A stretch of DNA of 63,708 bases, the filler included, from Octopus bimaculoides (taxonomy: Eukaryota): assembly GCF_001194135.2 (NCBI RefSeq). It is 6 parts of 6 records of this genome, joined end to end, with 100 filler letters (N's around TTAATTAATTAA, not from the genome) between each part and the next. Parts side by side here need not be neighbours in the genome. Positions count along the whole stretch, not along the records: positions 22,256 to 42,963 come from NC_068991.1; 5 more parts are not named here. One strand, 5' to 3'. Under the pieces are notes generated by a model. The model had not been told where the DNA came from. It worked only from the letters and a program-made list of their open reading frames with translations, and did no database searches. Both the position numbers and the translations under genes were made by a program. Below are positions 25,703-39,879 of this stretch, piece by piece (positions within the stretch are counted from its first letter, which is position 1; each line of letters starts with the position of its first letter).

Positions 25703-27487
25703 GTTGTTTGGCAAATAGAGAACCGATTGAATATGTACTAGACTTAAATTAGTAGGGATTCGATTTAATAGGTCTGAAACGTTTCAAGGTCGTGCTCCAG
25801 AATGGCCTGACTCCAATCACGGAAACAAGTAAAACAAATATACAGAAAAAAAATATAGGATTTGAGAAATTTGTTTAAAAGACTTTGACAGAAGTCGACT
25901 AATTAACAATTGACTGTTAATTATAATTAATAGTTGATTGCTAATTAGTTGTCTTCTGTAACAGTTAATTATAATTAACAGCCGATTTTTAATTATGGGA
26001 TTATAAATACAGCTTCGGTTATGGACAAATAATGATGTGGAATCATATCCTCATGTAACTTTTGATTGAAAACGGAAGTGATATTGTTTCCAGGTTTCTA
26101 CAGATTAAGGCTCGAGCTGGTGGAATCGGTAGCACGTTGGCAAGATGCTTAGCAGGATATATTTTGGTCCTTTAGGATCTGGGTTCGAATTCCAACAAGG
26201 TCGATAAGTCAATAACCAGTATTACAAAAGAGGGTATGTTATGAATCCTCCAATTGGAATTCAATACATCTCCCCTCTTCCTGAAATTGGCCTTGAAAGC
26301 ACCCATTCAGAGACACCATACATCATTTACCACTGTAGATTCGAAATATTCGGAGTGACACTAAAATGTACTGATTTTTCTCCTCTTCACATCTGTTTAA
26401 TATTAATATTTCGATTTTGAGGAATAGTAATTCAAATTCAACTCTTTACAAATATTCTTACTTTCTGAAGAACTTCATTTGATTAAATATGAAAGAATTT
26501 TGACTTGTTATTTTATTATATATATATGTGTATTTATTTATTTATTTATTTATTATTATTTTTTTTGCTAATTACGAAAGCTACAATAAGTTTTTTTTTT
26601 ATATCCACACAGAGCAAAATTACAGTAATTATTTATTTCCGGGCTTCGTTAACAACTGCAACATCTAAAACATATCACAGCGCAAGTTTTATCTATCAAT
26701 TTTCACTGATTATATTATTTCATTTTATTTACTTCATTTTAGGAGTTCATATATTTTAGTTGCTTTTTGTATTTCTGCATTTTGGTTCCATGTCTATTTT
26801 TCTGAGTTTTTTTTTTCTTTCAGGATTTGAGATCAATAACGACAACGAATTAGACCAGATATTCGTGATCTGGCATAAATATATGGGTGATTTGGTGGAA
26901 ATTTTCTGGATTTCTATATTAGAAGATGACTTAATGCTACTAAAGAAGAAGAATATAAAGAAAAGAATGTCAAATAACGGAAATGCCAGCAGGAATGAAT
27001 TTAACTCGCAAATCTGTTAACCGTCTTCTCTTATTTTCTTACTTCCTTATTTTTCTTTTGTTTTTATTATTTTATTTTTACATCAAGAATAAATTGTCAA
27101 AAGCGTAAGACTTACAAAGTGAGAATATTCCGATCCGTGACAAATTAACTGGTTTTCGCAAACAAAATAACATAGAGGCAATAAAACGAAATGTTGATAT
27201 TCATCTACTTAACGATGGTAATATATAAAAAGAGAGTAAAAATTGACCACTATCCAATATAATTTGGATAATTCTTGATTTCCAGCAGAATTTGTCTTAA
27301 TAGTAATGTGCTTGGCTCAATTCTGTGGCATGCTACGTTTGAGTTTTCTTCGAAACTCTGACACATTCAGTTTAATTTATTAAAAATTCTTATCATAGTA
27401 GACAAAATGCATTATAACATCACTCATAAAACGTAGTCGTTGGTGACTAAGAGAAAAAACAATTGTACCAAGCACAACTTACTTGGT

Positions 27488-27790
27488 GGGGGTACATGGC
27501 CTAGTGATTAGAACAGCGGATCCGCGGTCGAGGGATCGCAGGTTCGAAGCTCAGACCGAGCAATGTGTTTGTTTATGAGCGAAATACCCAAGCTCTACGC
27601 GGCTCCGGCAAGACGTAATGCTTCTGCTGACTCTTTCGCCAGAACTTTCTCTCACTCTTTCCTCATGCATCTAGCAGCTGACCTGCGATAGACCGGCGTC
27701 CCATCAAACTAGAGGAGCCTATACGCCAATGAAACCTGGAAACCGACCCGAATGAGCCAGGTATGTCTCGAAAAGGAACAAACAACAACT
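27488..27790 (+). mobile_element. tRNA-derived SINE with a V-domain-like segment
   Basis: Head TGGCCTAGTGATTAG..GGTTCGAAG (A and B boxes). Central CCTGCGATAGACCGGCGTCCCATC resembles the V-SINE motif CTGCGATGGACTGGCGTCCCGTCC. Confidence 0.6.
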
Positions 27791-28907
27791 TATTGCATAT
27801 TGGTAAGGTAAGCGCACCTTAATTAGGGGGAAGCTCAGCGAATCTGATCGTTTAATTCTGAGCTGAATTTGTATGAAAAATACTTAAGGGGATCAATTTC
27901 ACAGCAACTCTAAATCCATATTTAAATTACGCTATAAGAAATGTTTTTCTATTTTACAGTGAGATGGGATTATAGTCGAATAATCCAAGAATAAGTCCGC
28001 TTCTGCGTAGTTCCTTAACATGCTGGACCCGGCATCTAAATATACTTCAAAACTAATCTATTAGACGTAAAGAAGAAAGGAAACTTCTGACAATATATTC
28101 TTAAGTATACAAAACTACTGCTCATTTGAATATTTTTACCCATAAGCCACTTTGGTTAGGGACCGATATACCAGCAGCAACAACAGCACTCATTTAAAAA
28201 ATCCTAGAAGTTAGAGAACTAAACAAGATTCTGGTGGAATCTAAACTTAGAGTGTATGGGGTTAAAAATGAATTACTGTTATATGTTTAGTCCAGTGATG
28301 TTCTGTCTCAACTTCGTATACTACTGAACTAAAATGAACATTTTAACTTCTTTCATTCATACGAATCTTAAATGTATAGATCAGGCATAGACCATGGAAA
28401 CGAATTATGTACGTAAGTAAAATATATTTTGATAAAATGTGAATTCGAGTCCATCAGAATTGATCTTAGAATATAAAATGTTCAGTGTAAAATACTGCAT
28501 TGTTTTTAGTCTAGATACCTGCCGGTTAGCATGCTTCTTTTATCACATTTATATGGCTTATTAGTATTGATCTATACAATTCGGAAAAAGCCATTAAGCG
28601 TATCAGAGATTCGTACTACTCCAGATTACAGGTGGTACTTATTTTATCAGTCTTAGGGGAATTGATCCCATAGCAACCTTTCGGAAAATAAACGCGTGAT
28701 GTTAAGACATCCATTCCTTTTGTCCACTCTTCTAATTTATTATGATAGGCATTTCTAATATTGGCTCAAAGCTACAAATTTAGGGCATTGGTGTTTACTT
28801 CTGCGAGCTCTCCGAGGAACATGGAGTGACTATAGATCAGTATCCTGCACGGCAGTAAGCTTTGTAATGAGACTGCCGTCAGTCAAGCCATTATTTGCTA
28901 GACATCC

Positions 28908-29120
28908 TCAACCTATTTTAACAAGTCTTCCTTGCCTCCTAAGACAGAATCCCATTGGTATCTTCAGAGTTATACACAGCATATGACCAATCACCCTCCA
29001 CTTTCTCACGTTTATATTTTTCTGTAAGCTCCACAACCCAGACCTATACATGTCTTCATTCGTGATTTTGTTGCGCCAAGATAATCTTCGTATGGTCATA
29101 GGTCAATGCATGTGAACCGC
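28908..29120 (-). mobile_element. RTE-like LINE, C-terminal remnant
   Basis: Translation IRRLSWRNKITNEDMYR...RKWRVIGHML matches the typical post-RT motif I.W.D..TNEE.....R.RW.GH..R. Confidence 0.65.
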
Positions 29121-30735
29121 ACCAGTAATTCTAGACAGAATATAGGGGAAAGAGTGGCGAAATTATAGGGTCGATTAATGCGTACCATTAAAGTGCATTA
29201 CGCTATTTGTACCAAATCATTTTGAATCGACTTACCTTTCGTGCTTCCGGGCTCGATAAATAAACTCCAATCAAAATCTGGTTTCTAATCATTATTCTTT
29301 CTCACACTGTCCCTTGACTGGCTATATCAAAAATATTGCAAACATAAAAAAAGGACATCCGAATGAACATCACAGAAACTATCTCTGCTTCCCCCGGTTA
29401 TCACATTGTCGTTGTAAACTAATTCACTAGCGCCCCATTCGTCGACCGGTTGTTGCAAACATAGAACATAAGGAGCAATCAATTTAGTACATCGTAGCTG
29501 GTGCTTATTTTATCATTCAAGCTGGACGGAAATTATAGTTCACCATCGTGGGGTTTATAATTAGAACTTAAAAATGAACATAGCTTATAATCACATATCA
29601 ATTTTATTTCTTACTCTTCCACATTTTATCAGTCGCAAATGGTAGTTGTACTGCTGTGGACACACATAATTGTTGAGATAAAGTTGAAGGTAGAACGAAG
29701 ACGAACATCTTGGGGGCGTCTTTTTTATCTTTGAACCAATCTTTTCACTTCAAAATGAGTTGTATATCTTGATTGATAAAGAAAATGTGTTACAGTTGAA
29801 TGCTGTGCTATGTAGATAGCTAATCTCTTCCTATTGGCAAACTTTTCCACAAAGCTACAATTTATAAGATCTGGGGAAAAAGATTAACTACAAAACAAAT
29901 GACACTTCGATAAAAACTAAAAGAAGATGAGGCCTGTACGGGGTCACTAAATCTACTAGAAATAACAACCAAATTTCTCACAAAAGACATCATTTTATGT
30001 TAAAGAAAATATTTTAAATAATGTAATCCAAAATAAACTATGGCAAAAAGTGCAGCATCGTCACGGCTACAGTATCTGTCGGCATAGTCTACTCAATCAA
30101 AGCTGACATGAGGCTAAACCACAACAACTTTGAAATATGTTCATTCAATTGAAAGATAAGAAAAACTTGAATCAAAGAATAGTTGTAATCACAGAATTGA
30201 GCTCCGTCCTTATTAGTCACCTCTGCACAAAACTTAGAATCACTAAAAATTTATCTGTCACCATTTTCGTTTCGCTTATTTGTCTGATTGATTGATTGTC
30301 CTTCTGTTATGATAAATCAGAAATTCTTGAAGATACGAAATAAAATCAGTCATTTCTCAATGACTTCTAAAGAACATTAAAATTTGATCTCTCTTTTGTT
30401 CTTTCTTTCTGTTTTTGCATTCTTTAGTTTCTTTTTTTTTTTCAATATGCTCAGATGTTACAAAATTATACGGCAATAAATATGAAACTCACCTTTATAT
30501 GTCTTCCTGAAATAAAGTTTATTTGTAAAGAGTATCATTATATTAGGTAAAGGTAGTGGATTGGGAGAATTGGCAGAGCGTCAGACAATGCTATTTGCTT
30601 CAGTTCCTCGTATTCTGTGTTCAAATCCTTTTTCCATTTTCCCCGTGTGTTAAACTACATACACCTGCTTGTTGTTTCTACACCTATCTTCGTCTTTTGC
30701 TTTTCTGTAAATTTGAAAGATATATATATATATAG

Positions 30736-30766
<31 letters not shown>

Positions 30767-32016
30767 GGTTTGGAGGTGATGTACAGGCATTATATATTAG
30801 AAAAAGTAAAGTACTCAGAGATCTGGATGGTTGTACATTTACAGATTTTTATTAATATGTCACGTTTTTATAAATCATATATTAGCGCTTGCATCTTCTT
30901 TCTTTCCTTCTTTTTTCAATGGAAAAGAGAAGGGGAAAAAAAGAAGGAAGAAAGGAAGGAAAAATTGTGTTTACATCTATACAGCTGGTCAGTTCTGTCA
31001 ATAAAACAAAAAATTTTTTTTATGTTTTCATAAAAGGATATAGACAGATATGAAAACCAGGTTAATCAGGTTCAATTCCAGATAGCACAAAAATGTCCCA
31101 CTATCTGGGTTTCTTGCCTCTTTTAGGCTCTGCTGTTCCAAAGTTGAATAAAGATTAAGAATAATGAAACATTGAGATGAATCAATGAGTGAGGTATCTA
31201 AATATCGGTGAGTTTATTTTGTCATAGACATGGATCAAAATTAAATACAATATAGCATTTCTGTAGTCATTTACCAATAGAAATTGGCAAATGGTGCCAT
31301 TAGTTTAGATACTGAAATTATCCAACCTAATTCAACTAATTATATGTATTTGAATTTTTCCTTGTACATAAAAAGTTTTTAATTTTTATACTAGATGTGC
31401 ATTTTCATTTTCATGTTTGTCTTTTCTCTCTCTCTCTTTCTCTCTCTCTCTCNNNNNNNNNNTATATATATAAATACACATACATACAGTATTCAGTCCT
31501 CCGAAAAAAATGCAAATTATATTTTTGTGGTTGTTGTAGCCATATTTCATATGAGTATATTCCAATACTGAAATGCTATGAAATTGTAGATATGTCTGTG
31601 TGGTAGAAGGGGTGTATCTCTGTGTGTGTGCAAGTCTGTGTCATCCGTTTACTTAACAATGGAAACCTAGAAGTACTTTCGCTTTCCTTCCATCTTTCTT
31701 ACCCCCCCCCCTCCCCTCTTCCAAATGACTCCGGCAGCTGCAGAGAGTGTTGTTATACGACAAATACTTCAGAAAGAAAAATGTCGTTATCATTTCTGCT
31801 GTTACCTGGTATTTGTGTGCTATGTACTGTTATCCTCCACTACTTCAATGACAAACGACATTTAAATCTACTGAGAGTAAACGAGGAAGAGAGCGACCAG
31901 AATGTGGTAAAATGGAGAGATTTAACGAAGAAGAGATAGAAAGAGGCAGGAGTTTTCCAGTGAATTCGGTAATTCTATCATTTACTGAGGAACGATTCCA
32001 TGTAGATTTTGTCTCA

Positions 32017-32091
32017 AATACTAGACCTAAATCGGGTTTTTAATACTAGATCTAAATTGGAGTTTTAATTCTAGACCTAAATTGGGATCTT
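32017..32091. repeat. 25-bp minisatellite, 3 units
   Basis: AATACTAGACCTAAATCGGGTTTTT, AATACTAGATCTAAATTGGAGTTTT, AATTCTAGACCTAAATTGGGATCTT. Confidence 0.85.
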
Positions 32092-32287
32092 GGTAATACC
32101 TAAGCGAACAAGAATGTAAAAAGGAAGCTTTGGTTATCCAAACATGATTGTATTCAGAAATGTTAAGAAGTATCAATCAAGAATACAGTGAGTTTACTTG
32201 CAAGGATTTAAGCCTTCAAATAATACCCTTACATTCCTAGATGTGGTTAGTTTGCAAATTTGTTTTGCCACTCCTCTGAGATCTTGT

Positions 32288-32321
<34 letters not shown>

Positions 32322-32922
32322 TGCAATATGCATTCCTAGATTTCTCATGTACATATACACATATACATGTATGTGTATGTGTGAGCGGGCGCATGCGTGG
32401 ATATGTGTATTATTTTATGTATATGTTTTATATATGTTATTGCTTTCCACCGCCAGATTGAACGATACGGCCAACGTATCGAAACCAAAATTACATCCGT
32501 CAGGCATCTGATGATGGCTGTCACGCTTGTTACGCTTGTTGACTGAGAATCTTTTGTACTCTCTGTTCTCGTATTTTTAATTTCTCTTTTATTAAAATTC
32601 CAATTTTCGGAGAGTCAACATGTTAGAATTTTTTGTTTTGTTCAATTTTGTTTATACCATACGTTGACATTACGTGATTGTCCTTCATAGGGAATATAAT
32701 TTTGCCAAGAGTGTTACTTGATTAAATGTTTGTAGGTTAATAATTTTCTGCACATACATATATGGTTTATGTGCAAGTGTCCGAAGTGTGTGTGTGTCTG
32801 TGTGTGTGTATACACTTATATACTCTATTTGCAGGTTAACAAGCAATCAGTGGATTCATGTGAATAGATCTTCAAATGTGTGCAAAGGTGCCACCACGGG
32901 AGTGTTGGTACTCGTCTACAAC

Positions 32923-32958
<36 letters not shown>

Positions 32959-33399
32959 NNNNNNNNNNNNNNNNNNNNNNNNNNNNNNNNNNNNNNNNNN
33001 NNNNNNNNNNNNNNNNNNNNNNNNNNNNNNNNNNNNNNNNNNNNNNNNNNNNNNNNNNNNNNNNNNNNNNNNNNNNNNNNNNNNNNNNNNNNNNNNNNNN
33101 NNNNNNNNNNNNNNNNNNNNNNNNNNNNNNNNNNNNNNNNNNNNNNNNNNNNNNNNNNNNNNNNNNNNNNNNNNNNNNNNNNNNNNNNNNNNNNNNNNNN
33201 NNNNNNNNNNNNNNNNNNNNNNNNNNNNNNNNNNNNNNNNNNNNNNNNNNNNNNNNNNNNNNNNNNNNNNNNNNNNNNNNNNNNNNNNNNNNNNNNNNNN
33301 NNNNNNNNNNNNNNNNNNNNNNNNNNNNNNNNNNNNNNNNNNNCCCTCATTAATAAATTTTATATATATATATATATGTATGTATGTATGTATGTATGC

Positions 33400-33430
<31 letters not shown>

Positions 33431-33444
33431 AGAGAGAGAGAGAG

Positions 33445-33605
33445 ATTTCGTCCGTCTTTACGTATTGAGTTAAAATTCCGCCACAATTGATTTCGTCTTT
33501 CGTCCTTTCCGTATCGATAAAATAAATACGGATCAAGCACTGGTAATTCTGTCACCGAGTTGCTCTTCCCTCAAACTTTCACACTTTGTGCCTTTAGTAG
33601 AAAAG
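33445..33605 (+). mobile_element. SINE family A, head-truncated
   Basis: ATTTCGTCCGTCTTTACG..GAGTTAAAATTCCGCC..TTGTGCCT tail. Confidence 0.7.
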
Positions 33606-34357
33606 AACAGTATTTTGAGTATACATCAGTTTTTTATTAAGTTGATTCAGATTATTTGCCAAGATGAAGATTACTTTAACATTAAAATTTAAATGCATCG
33701 TCGTTTATATTTAGTTTGGGGAATATCATTCATTGCTCAGAAAGAATCCTAGCGCATTAGATTTAAGCCGATCTAATCTCGAATTTTCATGCACAATTAA
33801 TCAATCCAACCGATATTACAATCGAGAAAGCCGAAACTTAATTATTGCTTGTCGTTAAGTCTAATAACAAACGACTATGTCTGAAATTTGTTGTTATTGC
33901 TTTGATTATTTCTAGAGCGACCAAATAGAGAAGTTGCCGCGTCGTTTGGCGTAAATTTAACTTTAAATTAAAATGTAGCCAGATTACCTTCCCACGCTAA
34001 CACAAGGCCATCGCTTCCCGGATGTATGAGACGATTAAACTGAATTCATTAAATGCCTAGTGTTTATTCTATACAGGAAGCTGAAAACTAAAGTCGACCC
34101 TGAAATCATAAAATTTTTCATTAAATATACTGACTCAGTTGCTTCGACAGATGTAAACAAGAGAGTTCACTCGATCGCTCAGTCCACAAAAAATAGAAGT
34201 ATAATCTACTTGAAATTATACAAGTTCTATTTATATTTATTACATTATTTATGAAGGCTGAGAGATTTATATTTTAAGCTATTTAATAACTATAATCACT
34301 TATAGTTAAATAGCCGGCGTATGAATTCTCATAGCTGTTTTAACAGTTTTTATCATG

Positions 34358-34709
34358 TTATTACCTCCGCCTTCGCTAAGGCGTAGGTATTGTTTTCAGT
34401 TGTGTTTGTTTGTCTGTCCGTGGACAGGATATCTTAAGAACCGCGGATGAAACTTACATCCTTGTAACTGGCACGAACTGATTAGATTTTGGGATCGATC
34501 TAGTATCGGACAAGTATTCTGGTTTATCTTTTCCCTTTTTCTTTTTATTTAATTTTTGAGAGCGGTCAGGTTCGTTTTTAGTATTCTCGTTTGTAAGAGC
34601 AGTCGAGTATATTTCAAATATTCTCATTTCAAAAATCATCTCCGGCTATTCGTTGAGAGGATATTGGTGTTGCTTTGGTCGAGGTTTGCGCTCTATGAGT
34701 GCTCCTGTT
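34358..34709 (+). mobile_element. Helentron-associated non-autonomous element (HINE/DINE-1-like)
   Basis: 5' palindrome ACCTCCGCCTT-CGCT-AAGGCGTAGGT, GTTT/GTCT microsatellite, 3' sub-TIR GGTCGAGGT, 3' stem-loop GCGCTC-TAT-GAGTGC. Inserted in a T-run with no TSD; empty-site paralog at 38226-38480. Confidence 0.8.
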
Positions 34710-34971
34710 TATTTTAAATCATTGATATTTCCTATAGCTGTTCTTGTGAATGACATTCCTTAATACACAATTTTCGTATTTTAATACAATATTTATAATT
34801 ATATTTATACTGTATTTATACTATGTATTAGTAATACTATATACATATTGCTCTACGTATAAATAATATAACATTATCACCTCTCCTTTCACTCTTCATC
34901 TGAGAAAGGAAGGAGAAAATAACTGATATTGATTCGATTATGATCAATTAAACATCAACCAAAATGATAGC

Positions 34972-35010
<39 letters not shown>

Positions 35011-37369
35011 TCTCACTCTCTCTCTCACTCACTCTCACTCTCTCTCTCTCTCTCACTCTCTCTCTCCCTCTCTCTCTCTTTCTCCCTCCCTCTGCTTTTC
35101 TCAAACGAAGAACAGCGACTTGAAATGTTAAAGAGGGAAAATCCTCTTCATTTTATTTAAGGGAGCGAACTGGCAGAGCCACTCAACTGAAATAATTTAC
35201 AATATTTCTTTCGGTTCTCTTGTGTTCATTGTTCGAAATCTCACCTTAAAGATCGTATTTCTTCCTCTTAGTTTACAACGATAGACATTCGGAATCATGC
35301 GAACGTCACTCAGGATGCATTACAATATTTGTTCTAAGTGTTTTAACGTTCTGAGATCAAACTCCACTGCGCTTTACTTGGGTGGTAGTCTTCATCCATC
35401 GCATTGTTTACCAAAAACACCTGGTCTTTGGTTGCTCTTTACTGAATCTACTCAGCAGCAAACGATAGAAAGAATAGATTTTCTAAGCTCTAAAAACACT
35501 CTTCTAAATTACGTGTTGCAATCAATTATTTCAACACCTTCCATGGTTTACTTTACATTCCAAAATGTTATTGAATCACTCATTAAAAAGCTAAGTGATT
35601 TAATGAACCTCAGATGATTGACGAAAGGTTTAGCTAAGCGCTATTGACCGTATTTGAAATCAGACCAGAATGGGTTGGGACAAAATAAGGATTTCTTACA
35701 CTTATGGCGTATTATACAGGATTGTAGTGCTGATTATATCAATCTGGTATTTGACTTTTTTTTTTTCATTTTAATAACCTCGAATACATTTGAATATAAA
35801 GGCAGCTTTGACTTGGGTGAGATTTGAACACAGAATCGAAAAGGAGGTGACTTCATAACCTTAATTCAATCCTGTATTCTTCTGCTTTTGGGGCTTTTTT
35901 TTTTTTGTTTCTTTTTCTTGTTTACCATAATATTGTCTTTTGAAATGTAAATATAAACTTCTTTCTGAATGATGTTTTCCATATAATTCCCTTTCAATTC
36001 CTGCTATGTATTTTTCAATACTAGAAAAATACATGGGAAGTGTGTAAGAACATAAAGCAAGTTAGATCTAGAGGGATTTTCAATTCTTAAAGCCGATTCA
36101 ATTCCGGTATAAATGCTGTTGGGTTTAGCAGCGTTGTATCAGTTCTGGCTCCCGACTTCCCATGATACGTTCGAACCTTCGTGAAAAGAAAACCAAGATA
36201 TCATCAATTACAGTATAGAATCATATATTTTCGCATCGTATCTTTCAATATGTATATATGCGCATGTGTGTGCGCGCGTCTGTGTTTGTGTGTATGAATG
36301 TGTAAGGCTATGTATAAGAAATATAGAACGGAAATATTTCATTATCATACACCACACATAGATATAGGCAAGTTCCAAAAGTAAATACATCCCTCGTTAA
36401 ACTGTTTGATTTGTGCTGCCAAAAGATGCTGCTTTAAATTGTTAATGTATTCACATGTTATGACATTATTTTGTTTCTAAAAATACATCTTTTCAAAGAT
36501 AATGGTGTCTGTTTACTATTCAGCGGTCTGTGTATATACATGCATAAACATACATATATGAATATGGGAATATATGTGAGTGCGTGCGCGTGTGTGTTTG
36601 TCTAGATACATAGAGTGAGATAACGCGAGTTAGCTAGATAGATAGATAGATTAATGATAGATAGATAGAGAGATAGAAAGAGGGAGAGATAGATAGAAAG
36701 ATGCATATATATATATATACATACATAGATACATGCATACATACATACATGTGTGTGCATGTGGAGACAGAAAGGGAGGCAGATAGACAGACAGTTTCAC
36801 AGAAGAGGAATATAGATAACGGGGAAGCTTATTTAGGAAAACAAAAAGTTGGCATGGGGATAAGTAAGCTCGTGAATATTACGAATATATCCGGAAGCAA
36901 TAATTAACACCTACTAAGGTAGGGACACTAAAGTAATGTAATTTCCCGGAACACCTGAGCACTCAATTCAATTATCATGTTTTACTCATCGTTGCTAATC
37001 GTATTAGTATCGCTGAAAATATCGACTAAAATAAGTAGCACCATTGAAATTACAAGCATGGAATATTTCGCAATGTTTGGTGTGGCAGAGTAAAAAAAAT
37101 GAAATTTACTTTTGGAACAGAATTCTAAAGAAGAGGAATGATTTAATACAGTTACTGGTTTGAAAGTTATGGATTTCATACATATTTATATTTAAATTGT
37201 CATGGAAGAGCAGGTAAACTCGCTAGCTTATGCTACATGTGAATGCTATTTTTTATATGGATTCTTTATGTCTTGAATTAAATGCCACGAACTGGTGGAT
37301 TCATTAGAGCGTGGGAAAAACCGCTACCACTATTTCTTTGATTTATTTTCTTTTTTTCTTATTTTTTCT

Positions 37370-38140
37370 GTTTTTTTACGTTCTGAATTCAAATCTTAGC
37401 CAAGATCAATTTTGATTTTTATCCATGCGGAGTCGATAGCATGAAGTACCAGTCATTTAATGAGGTAATGCAATCAACTACATCTCCAACTCTCGAAATT
37501 GCTGGCCAGACGTCTAAACTAGAAAACACAATGGTGACAAGTTGGCAGACTCTTTAGAGCCTGACAAGGAATGCTTAGCACTATATTTTCTTTATTTTCT
37601 GAGTTCAAATCCTGCCTGTGCCAGCATTGCCTTCCATCCTTTTGGGATTCATAAATATAAACACCCGTAATGCGCAAGGGTTGATGAAATTTACTAACCC
37701 CACTCCTATGAAAAGTGCTAGACTTGTGCCTAAATGAGAATTTCTTTTTCATCAAACGAACAATGACGTTGCGGAACTGGGATTGTTGCTTCTAAAAAAA
37801 AAAGAAAAAGAAAAAATACTATATGACTCGAAACAGCTTTTGTAGAACTCATAGACGTCTTCTCCGTCAACGATGCCTGGAAGGATCGCCGGTATTGAAA
37901 CCCCAGCCAACTTATCCAAAGGTAATTGTCATTAGACTTTCCAAGGGTAACCAACCGAGACCGTGTCGTTAGCAAACGTTTCAATAATTCTGAACCAACG
38001 TTCTGAGTTCAAATTCCGCCGAGGATCACTTTGTCTTTCATCCTTTCAGGGTCGATAAATTAAGTACCAGCTGCATACTGGGGTCGATCTAATCAACTGG
38101 CCCCCTCACTCAAAATTTCGGGCCTTCTGCCTAGAGTAGG
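37370..38140 (+). mobile_element. Cluster of three family A SINEs (about 37370-37520, 37540-37735, 37963-38140)
   Basis: Each carries TTCTGA(G/A)TTCAAAT plus the tail module. Confidence 0.7.
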
Positions 38141-39387
38141 AAAAGAAAAGAATATCTCTGAACAAAATATTTAGTGCAGGAACTTTCTACATGGATATAA
38201 ATTAGACACCAAACATTCTTGGGTCATTATTTATGAGGGCTATTGTTCTATCAAGTTATATTTATATTTTAAGCTATTTAATAAACCGCCGGCATGCGAA
38301 TTCTCATAGTTAACCGTTTTAACATGTTATTTTTTATTAAATTATTGACGTTTCCTATGTTGCTGTTTATGTAAATGACATACCTTCCTTAATATATAAT
38401 TTTCGTATGTCAACACAAAATCTGTTTTAATACAGTACATATAATTGTATTTATAATGTAGTTATACTATCTATTTGCATTACCAGTAAAGCGCTGGAGT
38501 TGATGGAATGGATTAATACCCGCCACCCTGTGCCTAAATTAAAAAGAAAAACATTGTTTATCAAACGAACAATAACTTTGCGAAACGGAATTATGGATAT
38601 TATCCAAACATTTCGCTTTTGGTTCACCCATACGTCTCCAATCGGTCGATTCGACTTGAAGAATTCGATTTGCGATTCAATCCTGCGATATTCTAGTCAC
38701 AGATGTAATGAGTAATATTGCATAAAAACTGTAGACAACCCAGGAGAGAGCCGAAAGGTGTGTAAGTGAAGTGAAACTTGCTTGAGACAGAATCGATTAA
38801 TTGTTTACTCTTTCTTTCTAATATACTGGGGAAAGGCATGAACGCCACAAATACGTTTATTCCCCTGTTACTAATGGACATTTTCTTTCGGGATATTTCA
38901 AAGAAAGAAATGATGTTATTGCTGTTGTTGTTGATGGTGGTGGTGATCATGGTGGTGGTGATGGTGATTGTGGTGATGGCGGGGTGCTGGAGGTAGGGTG
39001 GTGGCGGAGGTGGAGGCGTGATGGAGGCTAGTGGCGTTGATACTGCTGGTGGTAGTGATGATTGTTATTGTAGTCTGGATGTTGCTGCTGCTGCTACTGC
39101 TGCTACAGTTGGTGTTTTTTCCTATTTTCTCGCTACCTTTCCTTCGTATCTTTTCTGACAGGGAATATTTGGCCTAAATATACAGTAAAACATTTAAAAT
39201 GTATTGAATATTCTGGCAAAAAGATATTCAGCTGCTTTTTATGAATTATTATTTAACATACTGAATAAAAGTTATGATAAATAATATTGATATAAAATTA
39301 TACACACATAGAGAAACACACACACACATACACACATATATATGTGCGTGTGTCGTGTGTGTGTGCTTGTGTGTGCTTGTATGTGCT

Positions 39388-39418
<31 letters not shown>

Positions 39419-39879
39419 GTGTGTGTGTGTATGTGTGTGTGCGTGCTTGTGTGTGTAAAGGTGTCTACCCGAATATAAAATTATTCCTATATATGCAGAT
39501 ATATATACAAGCATACATGCATAAATCATTCTCTATATATAATATGTATATAATTTTCATATATAATATATATGTATAGACATGCGCATACACACACTTA
39601 TATATATATACTGCAATGATTGAGGATATCAAGGTAACTTAATTATCATCAAATGTTCAATAGTCTAAGATGCGTGTTCACACCATAACTCATATTGCTG
39701 TATTTGAAAGCTAATAACTTGGATTTATTATTTAGTATAAATAACTTATTGGAATTCAATACAAATTTGCAAATGAAAGTGCGTAAATCTAACAAAATTT
39801 CTTTTTCATACTTTTTACTAATTTTTATCATTATCATCATCGTCGTCGTCATGAATAATAATAATAATAATAATGATTT

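Noticed and set aside
27958-27995. Strong plus-strand acceptor TTTTTCTATTTTACAG
   Set aside because: All three frames stop within about 12 codons and no donor or partner exon is identifiable; only RNA-seq could rescue it.
32455-32520. Hairpin + GAAAC ... GTC ... CTGATGA
   Set aside because: Hammerhead words are present, but stems I and III cannot form and no intact core precedes the hairpin.
38930-39110. G-rich (GGT/GAT/GCT)n tract and the (CAG/CAA/GAC)n tract at 42225-42400
   Set aside because: Degenerate trinucleotide repeats with no coding context.
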